This document shows, piece after piece, positions 40,443-49,735 of a DNA stretch of 64,000 nt (position 1 is the first letter of the stretch; each line of letters starts with the position of its first letter). This DNA is from a virus. The notes under the pieces were generated by a model. That model did not search any database. It had not been told where the DNA came from and saw nothing but the letters and a program-made list of their open reading frames with translations. Position numbers and translations under genes: made by a program. The stretch spans positions 125,676 to 189,675 of IMG/VR virus record IMGVR_UViG_3300021594_000641, one strand, 5' to 3'.

Positions 40443-41584
40443 AACCTCATCTTTCCTGAAAGAAGCCTAAACGAAGACTGCTCAAGGTGATCCCTGACAG
40501 TCAGACTGTTACTGCCGTTATTCCCTTCGGCAAGTAACGCGATAAAAACATCCAAAGCCGTCTTTGAGTTTATATCAATTTTGTTTTCCAAATTGAAAGT
40601 TCTCAAAGACCCGTCACCCGACTGAGAATACATGAACCTTTGTAAAACCCTCCTGGAAGTGGAACCGTTAACCTTGTTTACTGCCATCTTTCTTTTAAAC
40701 TCAGAAGCCCAGTTTTCTAAGTTTATGGTTCCCTCTGAAATAGGCAGTCTGGAACAATACAGGGAAGACAACATGTCTGCAACCTTAGTTTCTGTTATTT
40801 CAAGTCTTTTAACTTGAACAGATTTTAAGAGGCTGCTCAGTCTAGCTGAGAAATCTTTTCCTTTATGATCCAAGCACCAAGAGTTAGTGTATGGAACCAT
40901 GGTGCTGCCGATATTACCAAAAGACATAAACAGAGTTACTTTTACAGAGCTGTCTCCGCTCTCGCTGTTTGAGAACAGTAGGCCTACGCGAACAGGGGAT
41001 AGAACATCGCTGTGACCTAGAGAGTCAAGGGTCATAGGTTCGCAAAAAGCAAACCTAGCCTGCATCTTTCTTCCGCTTATTGAACTTCTGAAAAAGGTAT
41101 AAGACTCACCGAAACTTTTAAAGACTTTTTCTATTTTTTCAAGAAGCTCAAAGTTTGGGAGTCTTTGGTATCTTGGCCCCACCAAACAGTCCAGTGTACC
41201 TGTCTGATTGTTCTTTATTGCTTTTTTACCTAAAAGATGAGTATTGAAGCGCCTTCTTACAAAAGTGTTATACAAGACGCACGCGTCATAGTCAGAATAA
41301 GCCTCATTAAACTTTTTGTTTGTTGAGCTGTTCACTGACATATTGCTTACTACGGTGTACAAGCCATTACACAAGAATCCACAAGCCTGCCTTAAGGCTT
41401 GCCAGCTGAGCTTGTACCCTCCGCTTATTGTTTTAAACCTGTCGTTAAGAGCCAACTGAGACGCATTGTCTACCGGAAACACTAGAGTGTTTTTTTCAAT
41501 ATTACTCAAATGATCTTTAAATAGCTTGTGCTGGCTTTCGCTAAAGTGAATTGTTTTTAGATCAGAAGCTATTTTTGACAGCAT
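40439..41584 (-). CDS. DUF932-like protein
   Basis: GPRYQRLPNFELL...VGLLFSNSESGDSSV...HKG. Confidence 0.6.
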   Translation of the reverse strand: MLSKIASDLKTIHFSESQHKLFKDHLSNIEKNTLVFPVDNASQLALNDRFKTISGGYKLSWQALRQACGFLCNGLYTVVSNMSVNSSTNKKFNEAYSDYDACVLYNTFVRRRFNTHLLGKKAIKNNQTGTLDCLVGPRYQRLPNFELLEKIEKVFKSFGESYTFFRSSISGRKMQARFAFCEPMTLDSLGHSDVLSPVRVGLLFSNSESGDSSVKVTLFMSFGNIGSTMVPYTNSWCLDHKGKDFSARLSSLLKSVQVKRLEITETKVADMLSSLYCSRLPISEGTINLENWASEFKRKMAVNKVNGSTSRRVLQRFMYSQSGDGSLRTFNLENKIDINSKTALDVFIALLAEGNNGSNSLTVRDHLEQSSFRLLSGKMRL

Positions 41585-41593
41585 GGCTTATAC

Positions 41594-42112
41594 TCACAAG
41601 CTGGGAAACTCCCAAGAAATAGTTTCTAGCAGTTGAGTAAACGGCTCTATTACAAACGGCATCTCTTCTTTTGACAATCTTTTTTTTATCCAAAAACCAT
41701 TTGGTGTCTTATCGTCAAGAGTAGGCATTCTGTGAATGCAACAAACTCCAAATCTCGGCCAGGTAAAAACACAACCAGTGACCCTGGAGTCATACTCTGG
41801 TTTCAAGCTGTCTATCTCTACCCATCCTTCAAAGCATGGAGTTTTTGTAAACCTGTTTTTAAGTTCTCCGAAGATATCCCTCTGGTATTGAACTTTTCTT
41901 CTGCCGATAAAAATAGGGAAGCTTTGAAATTTGGTAACAAACCACAACAAACTTGGTTTTGACCCTGTTTCTGATTTGCACATTGAAACAAGCATTCCGT
42001 AGGAAGGAGCTCCTACGGAATGCTTTAATATCGTCTTTATGACGGTCTCGTCAGTGTCGAACGATTCATCTGAAGCGTTTCCAACATTCAAGACTTCGTC
42101 ATAAAAACTCAT
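41594..42112 (-). CDS. Hypothetical protein
   Basis: 172-aa packed ORF. Confidence 0.65.
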   Translation of the reverse strand: MSFYDEVLNVGNASDESFDTDETVIKTILKHSVGAPSYGMLVSMCKSETGSKPSLLWFVTKFQSFPIFIGRRKVQYQRDIFGELKNRFTKTPCFEGWVEIDSLKPEYDSRVTGCVFTWPRFGVCCIHRMPTLDDKTPNGFWIKKRLSKEEMPFVIEPFTQLLETISWEFPSL

Positions 42113-42114
42113 TG

Positions 42115-43410
42115 TTATTCCTCTTCTACAACGTTTGAGAAACCGCCAGGCATACTAATCTCACCAGTTTCAGGATTAGTAGACAAAGCTTCTTGGATCT
42201 GATCTTTGTATGGAACGCCCATTTCAAACGGTCTTCTGGGGCATACTCCAAATACCTTGTCTAGTTCTTTGACTAGCTCAGGAGATTCAGAAATAGCCTT
42301 GCCTACTTCGTGCCAAGATCCTTTGGATATACCAAGAACCGGACAGTCAGCAGTCCTTCGCGTCTTGTCTATGTTTTCAATAGAGCAAGCGTTGTGGACA
42401 GCCTTTCTTTGCCAAGCTTCTTGGAAAGAATCAAACAAGGCCACCGTAGCGTCGTGCCAATCCCACATAGAAGTTTGAACCAGGTTTTCATCTTTGGTCC
42501 AAAGAAGCTTTACTTCTATGTACCTCCTGTCTCCAGCTGAAGACAGGCTGTTCTTGTCGCTGTGGATTCTGATCAGTCTTCCTTGCTCACTCTTTGTGTG
42601 AATGTCCGCTTTTCTAGCCATCCTAAGAATGAACGTAGAAGTAAATCCAAGACTAGCTCCTCCAGGAACTCTTCTGATAATAGGCTTGCCTGGAGAATGC
42701 TCTTCTTTCATATGGTTAATACCTATGAAAGAAATGGGCCAGTACTGCATCTTTGGGAAGAATACTTTTACCCACATGTTCAAGTTCTTGGCGATGTTAC
42801 TAAAAGTAGGAGTAGCATAGCCGTTCTTCCACGTATCGTCTGTCTCACTTTTTGTAGTGGCTGCTGTGATGCTATCGACTCCTAGAGCCATAGGCATCTC
42901 CATACCTCCCCTACAATCGTAGTGAGCCTCCGCAGCTTTTACGTACTCACTGCACATCTTTTGCCAAGATTCTACAGTCAAACAAGAGTGGCTTTTAAAA
43001 GGCAAAGGAGCCTTTATAAAAGATTCCCTGAAATCTGGAGAATCCTTAGCCTCTACTTGAATATGACCAAAAAGCCCGTGAGGCATACCTGGGTCAAACT
43101 TAACTATCTTGCTGCCGTTGTATATGTGCCATCTATACATTTCATAAAGAAGAGCTGTTTTACAACTTTCAGGTATGCCTATAATTTCTGTCATTCTTGA
43201 GTACGGAAAAACGCTGTTGCAGAATAAGTACCTCAGACTGATCGCGTCTAGAGGTGCTCCAATGATAACCTTTGTGCTATCGTCACAAAGATAATCATTG
43301 CCCGGGCCATTCTCGACTTGCCTCATATTCAGCACTTGCTGAAAAAAGGAGTCTGGGCCTGTCTTGACTGCAGGCCTGGCGTCTTCAACAACAGCTTTCT
43401 TCCTACCCAT
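42115..43410 (-). CDS. RecA/UvsX-like recombinase (start revised to ATG 43410, MGRKKAV)
   Basis: PYSRMTEIIGIPESCKT (variant Walker A), LGVDSITA, FIGINH, VPGGASLGFTSTFILRM; CAGGAG RBS; track residues upstream of 43410 lie over hairpins. Confidence 0.8.
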   Translation of the reverse strand: MGRKKAVVEDARPAVKTGPDSFFQQVLNMRQVENGPGNDYLCDDSTKVIIGAPLDAISLRYLFCNSVFPYSRMTEIIGIPESCKTALLYEMYRWHIYNGSKIVKFDPGMPHGLFGHIQVEAKDSPDFRESFIKAPLPFKSHSCLTVESWQKMCSEYVKAAEAHYDCRGGMEMPMALGVDSITAATTKSETDDTWKNGYATPTFSNIAKNLNMWVKVFFPKMQYWPISFIGINHMKEEHSPGKPIIRRVPGGASLGFTSTFILRMARKADIHTKSEQGRLIRIHSDKNSLSSAGDRRYIEVKLLWTKDENLVQTSMWDWHDATVALFDSFQEAWQRKAVHNACSIENIDKTRRTADCPVLGISKGSWHEVGKAISESPELVKELDKVFGVCPRRPFEMGVPYKDQIQEALSTNPETGEISMPGGFSNVVEEE

Positions 43411-43556
43411 GACATCAATCTCCTGATTAAAAACTAAACAAACAAAGAAATAAAAAAGTGACAAAAAATGCGCGTACGTAAAAATACGCGCATTTAAAAC
43501 AAACGAACGTGCAACAGGAGATTGATAAAACAAACGCCTGTTGCACGTTTGCTTTA
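43411..43556 (-). promoter_or_regulatory. Structured ssb-recA intergenic element: 13-bp hairpin (43506-43549), terminator-like hairpin (43466-43495) and a 12-nt anti-SD
   Basis: AACGTGCAACAGG/CCTGTTGCACGTT; AAATGCGCGTA/TACGCGCATTT followed by T runs; 43515-43526 is the reverse complement of 43414-43425 (the recA RBS). Confidence 0.75.
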
Positions 43557-44900
43557 TCAATCTTCTGAAGGATTAGGTAACCGTGACTTTACAGCCTTAC
43601 GGGCGTTCTGGATGTTTTGCCAAACTTTGTTATTAGCATCATTAGTAGCTTCTTCAGGAACAAACTCGCCAGACGTGGGAGGACTAATAGCCTCACTAGA
43701 GATTGTCTTGGCTGGAGTAAGAGAAAAAGACTTTAAAGCAGGCTTGGCAAAAGCAGGCGCTGGAGGCGCTTCAGCCACGACAGCAGCAGGCACAGCCACA
43801 TCAGCCCAAGAAGGTTCAGGAGCTGAAATAGACGTAACTTTAGTCTTACCCAGCTGCTGCAACCCTTCTGCCCTGATCTTTGGATTCAGGTACTGCCCGT
43901 AACGGTCATCCAGAGCATACACCAGCAAAGAAGGGTAGCCTGAATAAAGGTCTTGAACAAGCAAAACCTGCTCCTCATTGCTCATGATGTTTACACAAGA
44001 AGACCAGTCTTTGATCTTCTGTGTAACAGCTTCAGCAACGGAAGACAAATCTGCGGAGAAACCTTTGTACTCCTTTTCAAGGAACACATCAAAACCTTTG
44101 ATAGTCTTATCGTTGCGACCGGCTGCCTCCAGCATTCCTGGAGTAAACTGGTTTGTACGCTTAAGACCTGCACGGCGAGGGTCTTGACCTTCCGTGAAGA
44201 TAGTTACGTAGCTGCCTTCGTCTAGAGCTATGGGGTCGCCACATACGAAGTGAGCAGACACATTACTGCTGTCTCCGCGATAATCAGTCCTTTCGTCCAT
44301 GGCGCTTCTCAGGTTCTTATACACTGAGGGCTTTAAGAGCATGAACTGAGCACTGTCGTCTGGAGCCAAACCCTTAGGAGTTTGGAAGTCCTCACCCTTG
44401 TAGGACATCAACAGACACTGCACTAGCCAGCAAAGCTTGGGCTTTGCCGGAATAGCCGGAGAGTTGTAAGGCCCAGAAGGCAGAAGCAAACTAGCCCAAC
44501 CCACAGAAAAAGGAAGACCTTTTTTGGTTCCCTCATCAGCAGCGCTGCGAATCATCATGAGAGGATTGCTGCTAATGTCATAGAACCTATCATACGGGTC
44601 GTGCATAACCCAGGTTCTAGCCCTTTCACTCTTTGGGTCTTTGACAGACTCTGCTACTTGAATAGGGAAAAACCACTGACCAAATTCATTCATGTTGGTC
44701 GGCAGTCGCCACGGATCAAGCATAGTTGGATTGTCAGGATTAACGCCTGGAAGAATCCTGATCACAGTAGACTGATTCATTGGCGGGCTGTACAGCTTTC
44801 CAGCACCCGGCTTAAGAATCATGTTGAGATACTTTCCGTCACCTCCAGAAAGATTGGCGCTGACAGAATTAACAGAGATACGGCGAGAGCTACCTTGCAT
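43557..44900 (-). CDS. T4 gp32-like single-stranded DNA-binding protein (start revised to MQGSSRR)
   Basis: STVIRILPG motif; GAAAGGA RBS; position next to recA and the polymerase. Confidence 0.65.
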   Translation of the reverse strand: MQGSSRRISVNSVSANLSGGDGKYLNMILKPGAGKLYSPPMNQSTVIRILPGVNPDNPTMLDPWRLPTNMNEFGQWFFPIQVAESVKDPKSERARTWVMHDPYDRFYDISSNPLMMIRSAADEGTKKGLPFSVGWASLLLPSGPYNSPAIPAKPKLCWLVQCLLMSYKGEDFQTPKGLAPDDSAQFMLLKPSVYKNLRSAMDERTDYRGDSSNVSAHFVCGDPIALDEGSYVTIFTEGQDPRRAGLKRTNQFTPGMLEAAGRNDKTIKGFDVFLEKEYKGFSADLSSVAEAVTQKIKDWSSCVNIMSNEEQVLLVQDLYSGYPSLLVYALDDRYGQYLNPKIRAEGLQQLGKTKVTSISAPEPSWADVAVPAAVVAEAPPAPAFAKPALKSFSLTPAKTISSEAISPPTSGEFVPEEATNDANNKVWQNIQNARKAVKSRLPNPSED

Positions 44901-44963
44901 GACAGTCCTTTCAAACTTGAAATTAAAAACGCCAAACGGCAAATGCCTAGCGGCATCGATATA

Positions 44964-45485
44964 CTACGCGTAGTCTTGGAAAAGGCAACTGGGAACTGCA
45001 CCGTTTTGCCCTAAGTACCTGCCTGAGTAAGCACTTATTTTTCCAAAAGTTTTTTGATAAGCTACCTGGCACACTTCTGTGCCGTGGTACACTTTCAACG
45101 GATGAACCACAGTTATCTCCAAAGTCCATTTACCGCGAAATCCGGTATCCCCGAATCCTGCAGTAATATGCACTTGCATACCCAGTCTGCCTATTGAACT
45201 TCTTCCTTCAATGTGCGGAACATGGTTTGGAGTTTCTGTGTATTCTTCTGTCTCTCCCAGATAAAGAACACCAGGGTTAAGGTAAAGTCCATCATCAGGA
45301 ATAATCAACTCTTGGGTCTTGTTCTCCTTTCGCATATCTAGTGGGAAATTGTTGTAAACCAGCAACCTCTTACCCAGCTTGAGGTTGTAGCTGTTGGGAT
45401 TAACCTGTTTCATGTTGAATGGGGTTATAACAATATTTCCCATTTCAACTTCTTTTATAATTTGATCTCCAGTCAAAATAGACAT
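44964..45485 (-). CDS. dcd: dCTP deaminase
   Basis: VNPNSYNLKLG, EGRSSIGRLG, AGFGDTGFRGKWTLEI, YSGRY. Confidence 0.95.
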   Translation of the reverse strand: MSILTGDQIIKEVEMGNIVITPFNMKQVNPNSYNLKLGKRLLVYNNFPLDMRKENKTQELIIPDDGLYLNPGVLYLGETEEYTETPNHVPHIEGRSSIGRLGMQVHITAGFGDTGFRGKWTLEITVVHPLKVYHGTEVCQVAYQKTFGKISAYSGRYLGQNGAVPSCLFQDYA

Positions 45486-48400
45486 CAGCCTGCTCCGTAA
45501 AATTCGTTAATACCCAACTTTGCGCACTCTTCTTTTGTAATAGGTACAGACCATCTAGTGAATACGTCTGGAGGAGGAACCTGTAAATGATACGGACCTC
45601 CAGACCCTTTCCTGGTTCCGTCTAGGTTGCATGGCCACACATCAACCCTATCGCTCATGCACTCCGGTATGACGCTGTTTACAACCCAATCGACGCAGTT
45701 AACCGGAACCTCAAGAACTACGGCGTCATGTACCTGAAGAACTATGTCGTACCATAACTCAGGGTCTTCTGCCTCAAGCCTGTACCAGTACAGATGGTCA
45801 AGCGCCCTGGACATGGCGTCAGCCACAGCTGACTGGACAGGGAAGTTCATGGCTTGCCTTTGCTGTTCCCCTGCAACATCTCTTTCAGAAGTTTTTGTAA
45901 ACCTTCTGTACCTTCCAAAACAGTTTACTATGTAACCAGGATCTTGGCTCCTTTCACGGCATTCTTCAAAATACTTAGGAAGAGCTGGATACATTGAAAC
46001 CAAGCCTTCAATAAGCTGACGAGCTTGATCAACAGTTACGTCAGCTCCTTCTTGTTTTGCTTTTCTTGCTGTAGCCTCAGCCTGTTGCCCGTAGGCGTAA
46101 CCAAAAACCACGGCCTTGGCAGCACTTCTAAGCGCGCTTTTACCGATTGACTTTAAGCCTTGCTTGGTTGGCGGACAGCTTAGACCGAAAGTATTCACAG
46201 CCACGTTGCTGTGAATGTCGTAATAGTCTGGGTCGTCTTCAGGTAAACCGCTGCGCCTGACGTGTTCAGACATGTTTAAGTCGCCAGACTGCCAAGCCAT
46301 GATAGCCAGCTCTGCGCCAGTGTAGTCTGCATCCACAAACACATGCCCAGGCTTGGCCCTTATTATGGACCTGAGAGGCATCTTGTACTCTAGCTGTATC
46401 TCTGATCCGTATCTTTTGAATACAGCCTTGTATTTTTCTTCAGCCGTCTTCCCCAAATTTTGCAAGGGAGGTCTTGCTGAGGAGGCTCTTCCTGTTTCTT
46501 TGGTTTGGAAGAACTGACTCCTGACGCGATTGTCAGCATGAAGATAAGAAAGAAGGCCGGACTCATACTCAATACGTCCATCCTCATCCCTCACAGCAGA
46601 ACCTTCTTCTACACCTTTTCCTGGCCTCAAGACGTACCTAGTAAGCTGAGCTACGTACCTTAAGTCTCGCAATAGCTCAACGCACGGATGCTTGTCAGAA
46701 AGTATTTGAAGTACTTCTTTGTCCGTGGAAACAGCGTAGTCACTTTCTATGTTCTTGGCTTTTATTTCCTTCCACATCTTAGGCCTTTTGCCTGTAGACT
46801 TGTATGGCTCCAAGTACAAAGACAAAGCTCCCTCGGGCCTGACGCTCTTTGGTTTAAAAGTTTCTTTGTCTATAACGCCGTTGTACTGCTCACCAAACAT
46901 CATCTCTCGACAATGTTGAACGGAGCTGGTGTTGAACTCAGGCCAGTTTAGTTCTTTACGCAATATCTCAAGAAGCCTGTTCTTAGCTTTTAGATAATGC
47001 TCTGTTAGAGTTTCTGCTGTTTCCAAGTCTACTTGCAAACCAGTCATGTGCATTTCACCAAACGCAGAGCTGGCTCTCATGGATACCCAGAAAGGTTTCC
47101 TGGAGTTATTGCCATAAGAATCTCTATCTAAAGCTCCTGGCTGATCTTCTTTTCCGTTAAAAAAATCAAAAAGACGCCTGGTGCAGTCAGCGTCATAGTT
47201 GCCGTAAGGTATTAGTATTTCATCAGGGCAATCGCCGTAACCTTCCAACTGCTCTGAGTTTATCTTGTTTTGTTCACAATAAGATTTTTTCCATTTCTGT
47301 AAATCTACGTCGTATCTTGGTACGCCTACATACCTTGTACCCAAGACTTCTAGCTTGAAATCTCCAGTCTCATTGACGGAGTGCGCGGCAAGAAGTGTGT
47401 CAAAACCTCCAAACTTTTTTGTCTTTTGATAACCAAACAATTTTTCTTTTCCGTTAGCCCCTGGAGAATCCATTGGAGCCACGAAGTTACTTCTTATGTC
47501 CAGTCCTACATGCATAAGCCAAGGCATGTCAGCGTTTAGGTAATGCCCTACTACTCTTACTTTTCTTTTAGGCGTATTAGTAAAAACCTTGCTCAACTCT
47601 TCTATGACCGCAGGTATTCCTCCCTCTATCTCGGACTCTCCTCCTTGGTTGTGCAAAACAAAACAAGCAGCTTTTCCAGGTTTCCAGGAAATCTGTATTG
47701 TTCTGACGTACGCGTTTTTTTCAGTAGGGTACGAGCCGTGCCACTCAGCATCTACAGCTACAACGTTTGAGTCAGGCTCGTTTAATATTTCCTGTACTAA
47801 GATTTTCGCCTCGTCAAGACCTTTGATCGTCCTGTGGTCTATTACCTCTTCAGCCTTCTCCTGTCCTAAGATCGTGTTTAGAAAAACTCTGACAACTCCC
47901 TTAAGATCATCAGACCTTTCAGGCTTTTTCAGTACTGCAGCAGGGCTTATACCAGTTATAACTTTTGCTGTAAAAAACTCATCTTCGCCTTTGCCGTCTT
48001 TTACTTTTATCTCCATCACCCTTCCTTGGGTGTTTGAAGTGGTATGGCCTTTACCAAGAACAGCAGTTATAGCTTCAGAGCCCAAAGCAAGTATGAAGCT
48101 TGGCCGAACAAGCTTTATCTCTTGCTGCAGTATCAGAGAACAGTTTTTAATCCAAGAAGCTTTGAAAACTCCTCCCTTAGTGTCTGGGTGGTCATGCTTT
48201 ATGACTGACGTGATGTAAAACTGTTGTTTGTCAAAAAATCCTTCTTCTTCAAAACAATTAGCCAGTATCTCTCCCGCGTTACCGACTAGAACTTTTCTGT
48301 TGTAGTGGTTCTTAACGTGAGGCTGCTTTACTACGATCATGACGGGAGACGGAACAGGCCCTGTAGCCTGCTCCGTCCACAGCCCGCCAAGAACAAAATT

Positions 48401-48679
48401 AACAGTAACTTTTTTATTTAAATACGATAACGGCAATACGAAATTGTCGTCGTACAAAGCTCTGTAGTATAAGGCTTCAAGCTCAAAGTCGTGAGTCTTG
48501 TAGTCTATACCGTCTTTTTTTAGCAGCTCAGCGTACTCAACAAAGTCTGGACCCGGCGCGGGCAAGCCTTCAAAATTCTTTCTGTAAAAAGGAAAATTTT
48601 TGAATAGCTCTGTGTCACCGAATCTCAAAGTTTCTAAGAACCTGAGTTCGCTGTACATCTTTCTAAAATTATCGCTCAT
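45485..48679 (-). CDS. Family A DNA polymerase with N-terminal uracil-DNA-glycosylase-like domain and 3'-5' exonuclease
   Basis: UDG-like LVGNAG...YITSVIK...EIKLVRPSFILALG...SPAAVL; exonuclease DAEW, NAD, YGNYDAD; polymerase TGRASS, DADYTGAEL, RSAAKAVVFGYAYG, QAMNFPVQS, QVHDA. Confidence 0.95.
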   Translation of the reverse strand: MSDNFRKMYSELRFLETLRFGDTELFKNFPFYRKNFEGLPAPGPDFVEYAELLKKDGIDYKTHDFELEALYYRALYDDNFVLPLSYLNKKVTVNFVLGGLWTEQATGPVPSPVMIVVKQPHVKNHYNRKVLVGNAGEILANCFEEEGFFDKQQFYITSVIKHDHPDTKGGVFKASWIKNCSLILQQEIKLVRPSFILALGSEAITAVLGKGHTTSNTQGRVMEIKVKDGKGEDEFFTAKVITGISPAAVLKKPERSDDLKGVVRVFLNTILGQEKAEEVIDHRTIKGLDEAKILVQEILNEPDSNVVAVDAEWHGSYPTEKNAYVRTIQISWKPGKAACFVLHNQGGESEIEGGIPAVIEELSKVFTNTPKRKVRVVGHYLNADMPWLMHVGLDIRSNFVAPMDSPGANGKEKLFGYQKTKKFGGFDTLLAAHSVNETGDFKLEVLGTRYVGVPRYDVDLQKWKKSYCEQNKINSEQLEGYGDCPDEILIPYGNYDADCTRRLFDFFNGKEDQPGALDRDSYGNNSRKPFWVSMRASSAFGEMHMTGLQVDLETAETLTEHYLKAKNRLLEILRKELNWPEFNTSSVQHCREMMFGEQYNGVIDKETFKPKSVRPEGALSLYLEPYKSTGKRPKMWKEIKAKNIESDYAVSTDKEVLQILSDKHPCVELLRDLRYVAQLTRYVLRPGKGVEEGSAVRDEDGRIEYESGLLSYLHADNRVRSQFFQTKETGRASSARPPLQNLGKTAEEKYKAVFKRYGSEIQLEYKMPLRSIIRAKPGHVFVDADYTGAELAIMAWQSGDLNMSEHVRRSGLPEDDPDYYDIHSNVAVNTFGLSCPPTKQGLKSIGKSALRSAAKAVVFGYAYGQQAEATARKAKQEGADVTVDQARQLIEGLVSMYPALPKYFEECRERSQDPGYIVNCFGRYRRFTKTSERDVAGEQQRQAMNFPVQSAVADAMSRALDHLYWYRLEAEDPELWYDIVLQVHDAVVLEVPVNCVDWVVNSVIPECMSDRVDVWPCNLDGTRKGSGGPYHLQVPPPDVFTRWSVPITKEECAKLGINEFYGAG

Positions 48680-48685
48680 GATCCT

Positions 48686-49726
48686 TCACCTTTCGGGCCA
48701 AAACTCATCTAGGCCAGCAAGGGTCCTTCCCTTGTTTATCAATGCCCAACAGTCTTTGAAAGTCAAAGACCCAGGGTCTTTGACTCCCTCATGACAGATA
48801 TTGAACACAGGAGCCTTTGTGATCAACCTCAGTTGTCTTACAATTTCTTCAGATTTATGCTGAGCGTCAGAGTCTAAAAATACAGCTATCGGTTTGTCGC
48901 TCCAAGCCCCGTAAACCAAAGTTCCTTGGTCGTCTGCCAAGTCAGAACCCAGAAGCCCAGCACCGCAAGACCCTACCCTCCAAACATCAGCAGCTCCTTC
49001 GCATAAAACAACCATAGGCTGTTCTTTGGCAACGTCATAGTTGTAGAGCATTTGCCTTTTAGACATGCCTCTCAAATTGTAATACTTTTTTATTCCCGTG
49101 GTCTTCCAGTCTACATCGCCAATGAACCTACCTTGCCACCCAACAAGGTTTTGGCTCATAAACAACGGTATAAAAATTCTGTCTTTAAGAAGGTAATCCG
49201 CTCTATCAAAAACATAATTGCAATACCCTACACCAAAATTAAAAGACAGGTCGTTAGGAGAATAGCCCCTAGACGACAAGTAGTTAACGGCTGGGTGGTT
49301 TGGCTGTAACTCATTCAACATGAGTATGTCGCCAGGAAGGGATATAGGCTCCAAAGGTTTTCTAGCGTCAACTATAGTACCTTCTATGACTGGAAGCTTT
49401 ATAGGCTCTGAAGAATTAAACAAGCTGGTGAAAAGCCTATCCCTGTTTAACTTTCCTTCCAGACCGTCCAAGCATCTAGTTTCGTTATAGCAAACAGACA
49501 ACCACCTATGGTCAGTGAACCTGTGGTTTATCCATAGGCGATTACGCTGGTCTCCACAAAAAGGGCAATTAACGCAATAGTACTCTCCTGGAGATACTAT
49601 CTTTAAACGCAACTTGCCGTTTTCTTTTCTGTTAACCAGCTGAAGACTTTGACCCTGATTAGCTACTTTTACGCGACCAAACAACTGACCTAGCCTTTCA
49701 TACAAGGCTGGACACAAAACTTTCAT
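48686..49726 (-). CDS. DNA primase (Zn finger + TOPRIM)
   Basis: NCPFCGD...H...C; LCEGAAD; FLDSDA. Confidence 0.9.
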   Translation of the reverse strand: MKVLCPALYERLGQLFGRVKVANQGQSLQLVNRKENGKLRLKIVSPGEYYCVNCPFCGDQRNRLWINHRFTDHRWLSVCYNETRCLDGLEGKLNRDRLFTSLFNSSEPIKLPVIEGTIVDARKPLEPISLPGDILMLNELQPNHPAVNYLSSRGYSPNDLSFNFGVGYCNYVFDRADYLLKDRIFIPLFMSQNLVGWQGRFIGDVDWKTTGIKKYYNLRGMSKRQMLYNYDVAKEQPMVVLCEGAADVWRVGSCGAGLLGSDLADDQGTLVYGAWSDKPIAVFLDSDAQHKSEEIVRQLRLITKAPVFNICHEGVKDPGSLTFKDCWALINKGRTLAGLDEFWPER

Positions 49727-49735
49727 GACTACCTC

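Noticed and set aside
43411-43560. Track N-terminal extension of the RecA-like ORF (MIKQTCNRR...)
   Set aside because: It overlies two hairpins and T-runs, and a strong SD precedes ATG 43410; similar false extensions were trimmed for sbcD, hldE, ssb, acpP and others.
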